DNA of 63,870 nt, counting the filler, from Octopus bimaculoides (lineage: Eukaryota), in the NCBI RefSeq assembly GCF_001194135.2. It is 4 parts of 4 records of this genome, joined end to end, with 100 filler letters (N's around TTAATTAATTAA, not from the genome) between each part and the next. Parts side by side here need not be neighbours in the genome. Positions count along the whole stretch, not along the records: positions 1 to 23,939 come from NC_068991.1; 3 more parts are not named here. One strand, given 5' to 3'. Within the stretch, counting starts at the first letter, position 1; each line of letters starts with the position of its first letter. This document shows, one piece after another, positions 1 through 14,785 of this stretch. Made by a program: the position numbers and the translations under genes. The notes beneath the pieces were generated by a model. That model made no database searches and was not told where the DNA came from. It saw only the letters and a program-made list of their open reading frames with translations.

Positions 1-429
1 TCTGGAAATCTGGAAACCCTTCTCTTGTGCTGAAATTAGAAATAATTCCATTCCAAATAGGAGAATTGTGTCTACCAGAGTGCTCAGCGTTAATTTTTCT
101 TGTGCTCAGAGTTCAAATCTAATCTTGCTTCCCTCTGGAGTCAATAAATATATTATTAGTCCAGAGCAATAGACTGGTAAAATCATTAAATCGTCTGGCA
201 AGATGCCTTGCAGTCTAAATTCAAATTCTCTTTCCCAATATTGGCTTCCACGTAACAGCGTAGGGACTCAGCCACTAATGTCAGGCGCAGCGATTCGTAG
301 GTAGAAGCGAATAAGAGTAACACATGAACATGAAACAGAATAAACGCTAGAATAGTGTTTAATATAATCAGAGCAGTGGATATCAGAAGTGACAGAGCAT
401 TTGAGAACACTCTTTGTGATATTCAATTC

Positions 430-2640
430 CATTCATGCTTTTAGTTCAAATCCAGTCGAGGTCGATTTTAACTTTCATTGTTTTGGGATTGGTTAAAAAT
501 TAGAAGTACTTGGGTGATGGGTGAGTATATTCCTTAGTATCAGATGGGAAGTCTTGCTGTGGTATCTATTACGGCTGTAGGGATTATGGGATCAAATCCT
601 GCCCCTCACCGAAAGATATTGACACTTCTGTGCGGAATGGTAACCAACCGATAGTAAAGAAACAGTCGATTGGGCAACATTTCGTATAGTATTTAGTTAG
701 ACTGCCAGTTATTACTATGGTTAATTATTACTGAGTCTTCTCATCAACAGCCCTCTTTCTCTCTCCTTATAAAATGTCTGACCTTATGTCAAATTATTAA
801 TCATCATTATCATTAGCACTATATTTCAAATATTGCCGACATCGACTTTACCTTTCATTCTTTCGGGGTCGATAAAATAAGTACCAGCTGAATATTGAGG
901 TCAATGTAATCGACTTTTCCTCTCCCCTGAACTTGCTAGCCTTGTGCCAAAATTTGAAACTACTATTGGCATTATCAAAGGCCTTGAGCTGGCATAATCG
1001 TTAGCATGCACGTCAAAATATTTAGCGGCATTTCGTCTGCCTCTACATTCTGAGTTCAAATTCCGCCGAGGTCAACTTTGTCCTTCATACTTTCGGGGTC
1101 GATAAAATAGGTACCAGTTCAGCACTGGGGTCGATGCAATCGACTTAACTCACACACGAAATTACTAATCTTGGACTAAAATTTGAAAACATTATTACCG
1201 TTATCTAAGGTGGTGAACTGGCAGAATCGTTAACACACCGAGCAAAATGCTTAGGCGCATTTCGTCCCTCTTTATATTCTGAGTTCAAATTCCTCCGAAG
1301 TCGATTTTGCCTTCCATCCTTTGAGGGTCGATGTAATCGACTTCTCTACTCCTCAAAATTTCTGTCCTTTTGCCAAAATAAGAAAGGATTATTAGCATTA
1401 TCTGAGACGGCAAGTCAAATACTAGGGTTTTGGGACCCCAAAATTGCTGGCCTTCCTCCAAAATTTGCGTTATTAGCATTCTCTAATGTGGTGAGATGGT
1501 AGAATCGATAGTGCGTCGGACAAAATGCTTAGCGGTATTTTCTTCGACTCGTGAGGTTCTTAGTTCAATTCCGCTGAAGTCAGCTTTGCCTTCCATTCGT
1601 CCGGGGTCGATAAAATAAATTACAATCGAAGTACTGAGGTCGATGTAATCGACTTGGTCCCTCTCCTCAAAATCGCTATCTAATGCCGAAAGTAGAAAGA
1701 AATATTAGAATTGTCTAAGATGACGAGCTGGCAGAATCGCCAGAGCGTCAGAAAACGCTTTTCACTATTTGCTGTGGATCTTTACGTTGTGAGTTCAAAT
1801 ATTGCTGAAGTCAACTGAGCCTATCTTCCTTTCGGAATCGACAGAAAAAGTGCCAGTTAAATATTGGGATAGATGCAATCGAATTAACCCATCCCATCAA
1901 AACACAAGGTTGACTTAATCGACTAGCCCCCTTCAACAAAACATTTCAGGCCTTGTGCCTATAGCAGAAAACAGAAAAGATTATGAGTAAGAGGACGAAG
2001 ACGATGAGCTGTTAGAATCGCTAGCGCGTCATACGAAATGCTTAGTGGTATATCTTCCAGTTCTTTTTGTTCTGAGTTCGAATGCCACCAAGTTTGATTT
2101 TGCCTTTCATTCTTTCGATGTTGATAAAATAAGTACCAGTTGAGCACTGGAATCGCATATAATCGTGTACCCCTCCCCCAAAATTTCAGGCCTTGTGTCT
2201 CAATTCGAAAAGATTATAAAAGGTGTTGTGCTGGCTGAATGCTTACTGGAATTTTTTCCGGCTTTTTACATTCGGAGTTCAGATCCAACAGAGGTCAACT
2301 TTGCCTTTTATCCTTTCGAGGGCTGTAAAATAAGTACCAGTCGCGTACTGCAATCGATGTGATCGAATTCTTCCTTCTCTCAAAATTGCAGACCTTTTGC
2401 CAAAATTAAAATGAATTGATATCAACATGTGTACAAAAGTAGCGAGCTGACAAAATGCTTTCAGGTATTTCTTCCAGCTCTTTACTTTCTGGATTCAAGT
2501 CCCACTGAAGTCAGTTATGTCTTTCATCTCTCTGGGGTCGATAACATAAAGTACTAGTGAACTTCTGATGGTCAATGCAATCGACAGATGAAATGCCGCT
2601 CAGCATTTTGACCTGTGTGATAAGGATTCTGCCAATTCAC
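430..2640 (+). mobile_element. Head-to-tail array of about nine diverged copies of one tRNA-related SINE family
   Basis: Recurrent gcagaatcg..aaatgcttagcgg..gagttcaaattccgccgaggtcaactttg..ttcggggtcgataaa..agtaccag..ggggtcgatgtaatcgac core near 450, 835, 1055, 1280, 1560, 1795, 2075, 2280, 2495. Confidence 0.85.
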
Positions 2641-2795
2641 CGCCCTGCTTGAGCGTAAATATTAAAAAATATTACCGTTTTGAATTTAACCTATCAACGA
2701 AGATTTTTTAAGATTACGCTTTGGATTCGTTGCCTCATTCATTTTAATAAACACACCTACATTGATACTCCCCTGTTGCATTTTTAACCCTGCAG

Positions 2796-2882
2796 CTGCA
2801 ATTAGGAGGAGAACATTGTGCAATAATGGACGACGTTGTAAACAAGCGGTGTCATCCACCTCAACAAAATGGTGACAAGTTT
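2796..2882 (+). CDS. Candidate orphan 87-nt exon (LQLGGEHCAIMDDVVNKRCHPPQQNGDKF)
   Basis: ttgcatttttaaccctgcag acceptor, GTAAGC donor, symmetric phase 0, only one frame open. Confidence 0.25.
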
Positions 2883-4164
2883 GTAAGCCTACATGAATTA
2901 TTACAGAGAATCTGTTAAAGTCATTTACATTTTTTTTTTTTTTTGCCGTTTCCTCCCCTTTCATGTGGAATTGGCGTAAAATACAGACAGCCGACACGAT
3001 ATTTTTCTAAATCTCAACTTTAGAATTTCAGCAGATTTAAATTGTGCTTTCATAAAAATGTCAATACGGTCAAAATGCAATGTAAAAAAAAAAAGCACAA
3101 CAAATATAAACTTTTTTTTAATGCCTCTTAGATGATTGTTGACAATAACCACAAGCGTAGGAGGGAAGTGGAGGGGAATGGAAAGAGGGGAATGGAAAGA
3201 GGGGAAGGAGAGGAGAAGAAGGGGATAAATAAATTTGCAAAATGCAAATTCTTATATCCATTTCCGAAAGAGATACTAAAAGAAGAAAATGGTTACCAAT
3301 ATGAAGACAATGGTTATAAAAAAAAGTGATAAAACAAAACAGAGACGACAATTTCGTGTTTCGATTCGTTTTGCTTTGTGCTGTTTTCATTATTATTTAT
3401 TATTATTTTTTATTATTATTATTACTATTTGTTTTTTTCTTCTTCAGCAACTGAATACATAATAATTGTTGTTGACTAATACGGGCAGATAACTCACTGC
3501 ACATATAACTTCAACATCTGTTGTTACAAGTAAGGCATGTTTTCATTCTGAAGTTCAAAGGGAAGAATGCTTGTGTGTAGAGGGGTGGTTTAGTTCTGTG
3601 TTTATAAGGGGGTAGTGTATGAAAGAAGAAGAAAAAGAAGAAGAAGAAGAAGAAGAAAAAGAGGGATAGAAAGAGAAATAGATATTGATAGAAAGAAAGG
3701 TGAACGTTGAAATAGAAAGGGCGTACTGGAAGAACGCAAGGGTGGGGAGGGATTGTGGAGGAAGTATTGGGGGTAGGGAGGAAGTATGGTTTAAATGAGT
3801 GAGTGAGAGGAATAAAGGATGGTTAGAAACAGTGAGCGCACTTCCCTTAGTAAGGGTGCTGGCCTAAAAATAAGTCATTACGTTAGAAATGTTTGTGGTA
3901 TCCCATAGTTGAAAAGCCGCAAGTTCGAGTTTCATATCAGATCAACTCATGGCAAACAGCTTTCAGCTGACCAACTTGATGGCAAAGAAGAACTTTTCAA
4001 AATTAATTACACTTAAGTTGGTATTTATATTATTAATTATCAGCTATTTATGATGACAATCAACGTGGATTTGATTAACAAATTAATGAGACTGTTTGAT
4101 TTAGGTAAGTACTTGACTTGTATTTCTCATGCCTTTTTCCTTTTTCTTTGATAGTTTTTTTTTG

Positions 4165-4212
<48 letters not shown>

Positions 4213-6059
4213 NNNNNNNNNNNNNNNNNNNNNNNNNNNNNNNNNNNNNNNNNNNNNNNNNNNNNNNNNNNNNNNNNNNNNNNNNNNNNNNNNNNNNNNN
4301 NNNNNNNNNNNNNNNNNNNNNNNNNNNNNNNNNNNNNNNNNNNNNNNNNNNNNNNNNNNNNNNNNNNNNNNNNNNNNNNNNNNNNNNNNNNNNNNNNNNN
4401 NNNNNNNNNNNNNNNNNNNNNNNNNNNNNNNNNNNNNNNNNNNNNNNNNNNNNNNNNNNNNNNNNNNNNNNNNNNNNNNNNNNNNNNNNNNNNNNNNNNN
4501 NNNNNNNNNNNNNNGTCGAGGGACTGTGTATGCAATAACAGAAGGAAACGAAAAATAAAAAGAAAGAAAGGGTCTCACCAAGCTTTGTGTGAGAATGGGC
4601 AAAAGTTTTATAAGGCAAAGAATGAGACATGAAAAAAGCGAAACAGATAAAAAGATGGTGATAAAGGGGGAAATAAATACAAAGAAATTTAAAAATGAAG
4701 CAAGTCATACAAAAATTTTAAAAATAAAGAGATCGGAAGGAAAAGTAATAACAAGAAAGAGAAGGAGGAGAGAAAGGGGAGAAAGAATGAGTTAATAAGA
4801 CAGGATGGAAATGTTCCTTTTTTTTTTTTTGGCTATTATAATTCCATTCCCATCGAGGATATTTTATAGGAATATTAAATCTATCTCAGTACTTGGCGAG
4901 AATTTTATTTCACTGACCTCGGAATGATAACAAGCGTAGTTGATATTGGCAGGGTTTGAACACAGGAAATAAAATTCCATAATTGAATATCACAAAACGT
5001 TTTGTCCAGCGGTCTTAAAGGATTCTGCCTATCTGATGAAGTTTATCGATGCAAATAACATCTTGTACATCATTTTTTTACAAATCTAAAACGACAATAA
5101 CGATTGCATAATTCATAGAAAATGCCATGTTTTTTGTTTTGTTTTTTAATTTTAAACACATTGTTGTAACTATTCGACTAACAGTACCCTAGTATATCAT
5201 TGGTTACTTATAGGCAAAATTGACCAAGAAGAATTTGAAAATAAAACAGAAAACTGAAACCTTGTAAAAGATTTAACTTTTCTATAAGCAAAGGATATTA
5301 AGTATAGACAACACTTCACAGCATAACAACGATTACATTTCATACATAGAAATATATTCAGTTACTATTCTTTTATTCGTTTATTTGTTTCACTCATTGG
5401 ACTGTGGCCATGCTGGAGCAACGCCTTCAAGGGTTTAGTCGAACAAATCATCCCACTGATTTCTTTCTTTTTTTTATTTAGCCTTCTATTTATTCTATCG
5501 GTTTTGTAGAACGAAACGCTGAGTTACAGTGGCCTGAACAAACCACTGCTGATTGTAAGGAAAAAGAGAGACACGCACAAATACACGCGTGCACACATAT
5601 CTATCTATTTTGCTGTCTGTCTATCTATTTATCTATCTAGCAATCAATCAAAATCTCTCTCTCTTTCTTTCTTTCTCTCTCTCTTTCTTTCTTTCTCTCT
5701 CTCTTTCTTTCTTTCTCTCTCTCTTTCTTTCTTTCTCTCTCTCTTTCTTTCTTTCTCTCTCTCTTTCTTTCTTTCTCTCTCTCTTCTCACACGCACTCGC
5801 GCGCACACAGAAAGTAGTTCCGTACAGTTTTTGTCTATCAAATTCATTTACTAGTCATTGGTCGGCTCGGAGCTATCCTGGGAGACACTTGCCAGAGGTA
5901 CTGCTCTGTGAGATTCAACCTGTGACCACGTTGATGGAAAGCAAACGTCTTTACATTACAGCCATGCTTGATATTTCAACTTAATTGATTGAACGTTACG
6001 AAAAATATCATAAGAAAAAGATTAAATATATTCACCAAGACAGAACAATAGATTGTGAA

Positions 6060-6280
6060 ACATTGGTTTCGAATTTCAGCACAAGGCCAGCAATTTCGAG
6101 GAGGGGCTTAGTCGATTAAATCGACCCTAGTTCACAACTGGTAATTTTATCGACCCCGAAGGATGAAAGGCAAAGTCGGCATCGGTGGAATTTGAACTTA
6201 GTACATAAAGACGGACGAAATACCGCTAAGTATTTTGCCCACCCTTGGCGTGCTAACGATTCTGCCAGCTCTCCGCCTTT
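6060..6280 (-). mobile_element. SINE, same family as the 430-2640 array
   Basis: Reverse complement of the same core. Confidence 0.8.
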
Positions 6281-6349
6281 GCATTGGTTTCTAGCATAAG
6301 TTTCGGCCGAAGTTGGCCCAGGTCATGTCTAATTTATTAGATACACAGT

Positions 6350-6680
6350 CAGCACTTCGGCAGCATAGCCCATTCGAGCAGAGAGTTATTGTTTTTAGAG
6401 ACATATCCGGGTGTGAGTGGTTTGTCTGGTATTTGTTGGAGGTAATCATCTAAAGACCGTTTGAATGCTGTGAAGTAACTGTTCTCCTTTATGTGGACTG
6501 GCACGATGTTGAAGAGAGCAGGGCCAGTTAAGGTGAAATAGTTCAGTCTTGGTGTTGTGATATGACATAAACAAGGTTTCTGTAGTGGACGGATGGCACT
6601 GGGGCCAAGTCTCGGATGAATTTTAAAGATGATACCTATATCATCTGGGCAATGTTGAAGGAATATTATCTACATAATAT
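6350..6680 (-). mobile_element. CR1/L2-like LINE 3' coding remnant
   Basis: Minus-strand translation ..FKRSLDDYLQQIPDKPLTPGYVSKNNNSLLEW resembles the C-terminus of CR1/L2/Jockey-group ORF2; a second copy lies at 62830-63125. Confidence 0.7.
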
Positions 6681-7964
6681 AGATGATACAGCGTTCATAG
6701 CGGTGTTGGAGGTAGTAAAGCCTCAGCTTTTTGGGTCGATCCCAATAGTCAAGGCTTATATATATATATATGCTTATATATATATATATTTGCACACATA
6801 ATGTTTGGCTTCGAATTTTGAGGGCAAATCTTTGAAGAGATTTAATCTCAGACAATTCCACAAGCATAATGACTTCAAATGGTGTATATATCTATATATT
6901 TTTTTAGTATGATGCACAGACGCTGAGTATAGTTTAATACTCTTTCAGTTCCGTACACTGAATTTTTCTACATTCCGGTAAACTTCACCAATACCCATGA
7001 ATCTTTTATTCATTGTTTCCTATATATAGAGTCATGAATATCGTTTAAGTAGTTGACAATCGCGCATCCGGCGTCACCGAGTATCGTGAAAGTCGTAATG
7101 CGTCATTTATTCTCACGAGTCACAGCAGCGACGATGTTCGTCTCGATCCGATTTATATTGTGCTTTTGACACAAGAAGTCTATGAACGAATTTTATCTCT
7201 GTCAATTTCACATCATTATGCCATCAAACGGTGTGTATACACAGATGACGATTTTAATTTAAGGCAGTTTCAATTTTACACAGTTTTACTTGTATAGAAG
7301 TTTGTATATGTTTTAGTAAAAGCTGAAGCTTCTAGAATCTTTACTCGCATCACGTTGCCTATTATTTAAACAATCCTAGAAATTAAGCAAAAATATTCGT
7401 AAACTATACAAATTTTGATGGGACATGTTATCAATATATTATCAATATAACCATGCTTTAAATTCCAGATATATTTTGATAGCGGGTTGTTGAGACTTAT
7501 TTAGTGTTATAATGCATACGGGGATAGTTCCTTAAAAGAATTTTCTGTTGTTTGCAACGGGGAGATCTTAGCTAGATACAAAAATTGTTTTAGAAAGACG
7601 CATGCCGTTTGAGAGGATGCGTATTAAAATTATTACAATTACACAGAGGAGAAAAAGGCTGTTCGCGTTTATAGTGGATAGTTTTCGGTTTAGATTGGCT
7701 ATTGAATAAACGTAGATTTTTCGCATCTTTGGAGCTCAACTTAAATTTATTTTCATTTAATATTTTATGTATATATAACACGGCGTAATGCTTATTTAGA
7801 ATGTCTATAAAGATCGAACATTGAAACAGTATGGAGCAGATTTTGTTTTTAGTATTAGTCGTTTTCAGTCTTTGATAGCAGTGTATTATTCAAATAATCA
7901 GCAGTGTTGCTAAATGATTCATTAAAGGATAACCTGGACATGCTCTAATATATATATATACTAA

Positions 7965-8285
7965 GAGCACTCCGTCGGTTACGACGACGAGGGTCCCAGT
8001 TGATACGACCAACGGAACAGCTTGCTCGTGAAATTAACATGCAAGTGGCTGAGCACTCCGCAGACACACGTATTCTTAACGCAGTTCTCAGGGAGATTCA
8101 GCGTGACGCAAAGTGTGACAAGGTTGGCCCATTGAAATACAGGTACTTCTTTTTTTTGCCAGCTTAGTGGACTGGAGCAACAGGAAATAAAATGTCATGC
8201 TCAAGGACACATGTCACTGGAAATTGAACTCACGACCTTACGATCGTGAGCCGAATGACCTAACGACTAAGCCACGCGCCTATGT
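7965..8285 (-). mobile_element. SINE variant (family also at 46366 and 61915)
   Basis: Shared gcactccgtcggttacgacg..cttgctcgtgaaattaac..gcaagtggctgagcactcc body. Confidence 0.75.
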
Positions 8286-9011
8286 ATATATGGGGTGGGG
8301 TGTATCGTTTATTTTTTAGTTTTCAGTCTTTACACTGCGACCATGTTGGGGCACCGTCTTGAAGACGTTTAGCTCAATGAATCGACCCCAGTACCTTATT
8401 TCAAAACCTGATATTTATTTTATCGCTCCCGTTTGCCGAACCACGAAGTTATGGGGACGTAAACAAAAAAAGCGGTTATCAAGCGGTGGTTGCACATACA
8501 CACACACATGTACACACACACACGTACACACACATATTAATATATATATGAAAGATCGCCTTTGCCTTTCATCCTTTTGGCGTCGATAAATTAAGTACTA
8601 CTTGTGTACTGGGGTCTGTCTAATCGACTGGTTCCCTCCCCAGAAGTTTTGGGCTTTGTGCCTAGAATAGAAATATATGTGTGTGTGTGTGTGTGTGTAC
8701 ACGATGGGATCTATTCACAAGGCTTCGGTTGACCCGAAGGTATACTATGAGACATTTGAGCAACGTGCAAAGCAATAGGGCTGAACCCGGAGCCATGTAG
8801 TTGGGAAGCAAGCTTCTTTCCACACAACAACGCCTATATTTGTTTACGAATATTTATGCTTATATAATGTCACGCTGCGTCCTTTATTTTAATTGTTTAA
8901 ATAACAGATAACGTGGAAACCAAAGTAAGGATTCAAGAAGCTTCCGCTTCTTAATCATACAAACTATATATTGAATTATTTTTGCTATCGTTTGTAAGCA
9001 GAAATCAGCCC

Positions 9012-9043
<32 letters not shown>

Positions 9044-9081
9044 AAGAGAGAGTGTATGTGTGTGTGTGCGCGCGTGCGTGC

Positions 9082-9142
<61 letters not shown>

Positions 9143-9549
9143 CGTGCGTGCGTGTGTGTGTGTAGAAAAAACAAGAAGTCTACACGGAAAGCACATTCTT
9201 TTAATTATGATCTGCATGTACGCGAAATATCATAGAAAGTGAAATAGCTGTATGAGTGTATATGCATAATTTTCTTTTATCCTTAAAAACATTTGAGGGA
9301 GAACACAGCCTTGAATGTCACTGTTTGAGACGCTGGGAAATATTCATAGACTCTGATAAGGTGATGATTGATAGGATGGGTAAACAGATGGACTGTTAAA
9401 TAAATTGTATTTTCGACAACTAGAATGACTTATTTACCAATAGATCAATCCTCTCATCTATTAATCCATATATATATATATATATATGTATGTTGTATAT
9501 GTATGTATATATATATGTATGTTGTATATGTATGTATGTATATTCTTCT

Positions 9550-10004
9550 ACTTGTTTCAATCATTTGACTGCATGCCGGCGCACTGCCTTTAGTCGAACA
9601 AGTTGACCCCAGGACTTATTCTTTATAAGCCTAGTACTTATTTTAACGGCTAAGTTACGAGGACGTAAACACACCATCGTCGGTTGTCAAGCGATGGTGG
9701 CGGGACAAACAAAGTCACACAAGTATTCCTTTCCCAAGCGTCCAGTAACACAATCTGTATCACGTCCTCGCGTTGTTGTTTTTTGTTGTTGTTTTCTTGT
9801 CGTTTTCCTTTTTTGAACCAATATATATATATATATATATCCGATGGGCTTCTTTCAGTTCCCGTTTCCCAAAATCCTCCTACAAAGCTTTGGTTGACCC
9901 GGGGCTATTATAGAAGTCACTTGCCCAAGGTGCCACGCAGTAGGACTGAACCCGGAACGATGTTGTTAGAGAGCAAGCTTCTTACCTGACACCCACGCCT
10001 GCGC

Positions 10005-10005
<1 letters not shown>
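9550..10005 (-). mobile_element. Microsatellite-containing tRNA-headed SINE
   Basis: Same body as the copies at 11020, 19030, 22853 and 50678. Confidence 0.8.
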
Positions 10006-10073
<68 letters not shown>

Positions 10074-10401
10074 GTATTGTCTCTCTTAGAATGGATACAG
10101 TGTAGTTCCGAGGTCGAAACGAAAGTTGTGCTATACATTAAAAGAAAGTAACAATGTGTACTTATGTCTGTTTAGAGTTTCACAGCGAAAGCTTCATAAA
10201 CTGTAGAGTAACTCCACTAAATTTATATTAGTATACTAATATACACGCTTTGTTTTAACATACACGCACAAATTCATATATCTGCATATGTATGTATAGA
10301 GGTAGAAAGATAGACAGACACACAAACAGATAAATATAGATAGATACATACATACATACATACATACATACATACATACATAGATTGGCAGAGAGGCTGG
10401 C

Positions 10402-10467
<66 letters not shown>

Positions 10468-10931
10468 ATAGTCATGTCTGCAAGTGTAGAAAGATATATA
10501 AGGAGAGATAAACAAACAGCGAGATTCAGGGCTGAGAAACCTACAAGCAGGCAGAAATTATTTTTCAGAGCTATCCATTACTCATCACCTGTTCCTGCTT
10601 TGATCCCGTTGCATATGCATGCTATTTAACTAGATTTAAACTAGCCATATCCACCCGACACTTCAAATTAAAAAAGAAAGCTCCCACATCAAAAAAGATC
10701 TTCCTTACTTATATATATTTGTCTAACATCTGGAAGACATTGCGCCAAGAGATGCGATATCCTATTTTATAAGAATATAAAAGTCCTTATGGAATAAAAT
10801 AGCTTAACTCTTACACGTCCTCTGACCAATCAAGATAAAGCTATAGCAACCAAACGTTAAGCGTTGTGTGAGAGAGAACGAAGGTAATGATGGTGATGAT
10901 GGCAATGATAATGATTACGATGATGATGATG

Positions 10932-10989
<58 letters not shown>

Positions 10990-11019
10990 CTTTATTTGCT
11001 CTTTTACTCTTTTCCTTGT

Positions 11020-11201
11020 TTCAGTCATTTGACTGCGACCATGCTGGAGCATCGCCTTTAGTCGAGCAAATCGACTCCAGGACTTATTCTTTTGTAAGCC
11101 TAGTACTTATTCTATCGGTCTCTTTTGCCGAACCGCTAAGTTACGGAGACGTAAACACACCAGCATCGGTTGTCAAGCGTTAGTGGGACAAACAGACACA
11201 A

Positions 11202-11235
<34 letters not shown>

Positions 11236-11415
11236 GTATATATACATATATACGACGGGCTTCTTTCTGTTTCCGTCTACCAAATCCACTCACAAGGCTT
11301 TGGTCGGCCCGAGGCTATAGTAGTAGACACTTGCCCAAGGTACCACGCAGTGGGACTGAACCTGGAACCATGTGGTTGGTAAGCAAGCTACTTACCACAC
11401 AGCCACTCCTACGCC
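11020..11415 (-). mobile_element. Microsatellite-containing tRNA-headed SINE, near full length
   Basis: ggagtggctgtgtggtaagtagcttg head (minus), internal (CA)n/(TA)n, 3' ..gactgaaacaag..aagagtaaaagag. Confidence 0.85.
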
Positions 11416-12251
11416 TAGTGTAATANNNNNNNNNNNNNNNNNNNNNNNNNNNNNNNNNNNNNNNNNNNNNNNNNNNNNNNNNNNNNNNNNNNNNNNNNNN
11501 NNNNNNNNNNNNNNNNNNNNNNNNNNNNNNNNNNNNNNNNNNNNNNNNNNNNNNNNNNNNNNNNNNNNNNNNNNNNNNNNNNNNNNNNNNNNNNNNNNNN
11601 NNNNNNNNNNNTAATAATAATAATAATAACAATAATAAAAGATGTGAAGTAGAACCAGTGTGTGCTTATTATTGATATAATGACCCACCCAAAATAACCC
11701 CCCCCCCACACACACACAAAAAAAAGAAATGTCGGAATAGTCATTGCAAAGAATGCCTTTGATGATAAACCAGCTCAATGGGAGCAAATCTGGGGTTAAA
11801 AAGCAGCAGCCCTAGCATCACCACCATCAACAACACAAACCTATCGTTCGTTAAATTTCGTTTACAAACAGATGTTAACACTGTGAGGATATTTTCTTAC
11901 GGAAATTTCTTTGAAATATTTTAGTATTTTGTAAAAGACGGCAGAAGTTGCAGCTGTACATATATTGAGGTTTGTTATTATTTTGTAAGTTTTTTTTTGT
12001 GGGATTTACACGAGTGCTTTGTGTTTATTTTTTTTTTATGTTGTTCTATGTTGTTTCTTTATTTTATTTTTTTATTATTATTTATTATCATTATTATTTT
12101 ATTTCTTATCTTCTTTTTTTGCTATGTCAGATTTTGTTGGTAATGTGTTGTTTCGTGTTTTTTTTGTTTCAGTCTTTTTGTTCTGTGTCTGAATATATAT
12201 CAATCATATGGTGAAGAAAGAATTTTGCAACGTTTTATGCTTCATATATAC

Positions 12252-12332
<81 letters not shown>

Positions 12333-14785
12333 CACACACACATATAACATGCATATATATAAAGTAAAAGGTTTTTAAAAATCTAGGCAGATATGTATAA
12401 AGCATCACTGTTAAACGCATTTATTTAAGAATATCCAAGAACTAGATACCAATAAATGCAAGTAGAATAAACACCCATGTTAATTCCTCATGTATGGCAA
12501 GTAAATCCAAATATCGTTTTGAAGAATTTCAAGAAATTCGGAGTATAAGATAACAAAAATAAGAATGGAGAAAATCACAATTTTAATTGGTAGTTATCCT
12601 ATACGATACCGACAATCGTTGCTGTTATGTCAGCATATTTAGATACAGAAAATATCAGTCAAAGTAATATATTCGAAAATATATTAACACAACCTTGTCA
12701 AGGCAATCTAAAATTGGTTAACTTCAAAGAGAATACAAAAAAAAAAGAAGTAGAAGATCGCATACAAAAAGAACTTGAAGATATATAACATTCTAATAAA
12801 AGTCAGTTTAGTATTTAGCTTCTTTTGGCGTCACAAAAAAATAAAAATTAAGCATAAGAATTCTACATTACTACAATTAGAAACACAGGAATTCTACGTC
12901 ACAGTAATTAGTTATCTATTTACTAAATATACTAAAAAATTCTTAGAAAAATTAAGCTTACTATATTATATGAAAAACCAATTATAATTATTGAGTTATG
13001 CAGAATTGAAACCTTTAAATGCTTTTCTATATTTGTGAGAACATTTCAATGTAAAATTACCTGTATAATTCAATTATATTAATTTAGAAATAATTATATA
13101 ATACTTTTGATCAGAGCAAAGATCACATTTAAAATTACCAGTATCGTACGATGGTGCGTGACTAATAATTAACCACTTTAAATCATACGTTAATGTTCTT
13201 ATCTTTTAAATCCCAAATGCATTTGTTAAGATTCGCAGAATTACATTTTCTTCTGTACTTAAATGAATGAGAATGATTATGAAATCTAGATTTTCTGAAC
13301 TAGATTTTGATACCTTAAGTAAAAGTAATTCTGACTGATTATACAGTTAAGTTAACACCTTGTAATAATATTAATTATAACCCTACTTGACAACCTGTGT
13401 TGGTTTGCATTTCGGCAAAACAGACCGATAGTGTAAGTTACAGGTAAAAAAAATAAGTGCTGAAATCAAATTTTTGCCATTGAGTCTTTCAGGACCGTGC
13501 TCCAGCATAGCCGTTGCCCAATGCCTGAAATAAGTGTTTGGGGTTTATTTCTACTAATTTCCATTGTCGGATATCTTTGATTACATATGCTTAATATTGG
13601 ATTTTTTGTATTTATTTATTTGTTTTGTTAGTTGTTAATGGACAGGATAGATTACTGGCAAAAATACCATATTCTGTTATGGTGCAATTTATACATTTGG
13701 ATTTTATTAGCAGACATCTGCGAATGAGGCATTTCTCCGGTGTATTAAATTGACGGAAACTTTATTTCAGACATGTGAACCAAAGTTTATCATGAAGCTT
13801 CGCGGATGACAGTAGTAATTACATTCAGTCCCGTTATTATATATTAGAGGTTCAGAGTTGCCTATATACCAAATTGCTATAACTCAGACACGCACAAAAC
13901 ACACACACGTACACACACATTGTGGAAATTGATATAAACACAATTATAGATATTTGGTTCTTACGTACGTTTCACCATTACAGTTATTTGGGAATCAGTA
14001 TTGGGTGTTCGAAGTGCATCTCGATGCCTAACTGCAATGGATCATCAGGGGACAATTCATTGTATTTTGTCTGTTTTGAAAACTGTAGCGGTGACACGTA
14101 TGTAGATACTAAATATTTAAAAGTTTCTCTCCGTAGACAAAATACAACAGCGATTAGCATATTCATGCTTGAATCTCCTGGGATGTATTAAGAACGCATA
14201 TGTAAATTATTGCTTTCATTTTAATTGTATTTTAAGGTAATATTTTTCTTTCCAGAATTAATATTCATTTCATTATTTTGTTCAAGCACCAACATATTTG
14301 ATAAAAGTTAAATCATAATTATTGCATGTTTGTCATAAAAGCCATCAAGTCTAGTATGTCCACTCCTCTTGCACATCTTATGTTAAATCTCTCTCTATAT
14401 CTCTTTTGCTCCCTCCTCTCTATATCCGTTAAAGAATCACTGGAGAAATCAACTAACTATGTAACCAACGAACATTTATATCTATATTATATATAGATAG
14501 TGCCAAGAACGGCCTCAGGTGGGTTGATATTAAAAGGTTATTTTCTTAACAAAATGTGCTATATAATCTACTCATCACAGTCTTTAGAATATGCAAACTT
14601 TTAAAACGAATATTTGTCACGAACCGCCATTTTTAAAAATGGGGTTATTTCTCCAATAACAAGTTTACTCCAAGATTCACTGGACTTGACGGATACTCAA
14701 TACAGAATGCAGACTAAAAGAGAGGATAAAGAGAGCTAAAAGAGGAGAAATATTCAAGAACTAAAGAATGATTTTTTCATCTTAC

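Noticed and set aside
4075-4708. Long ORFs spanning N runs (also near 11.4, 27.5, 54.0, 56.6 and 57.6 kb)
   Set aside because: Artefacts of translating assembly gaps and dinucleotide repeats.
5030-5070. ctgatgaag motif suggesting another hammerhead
   Set aside because: The possible stem II is not followed by GAAA and no stem I/III can be formed.
13922-14191. Opposing short ORFs just downstream of the Wnt exon
   Set aside because: No Wnt exon-3 motifs in any frame and no convincing splice pair.
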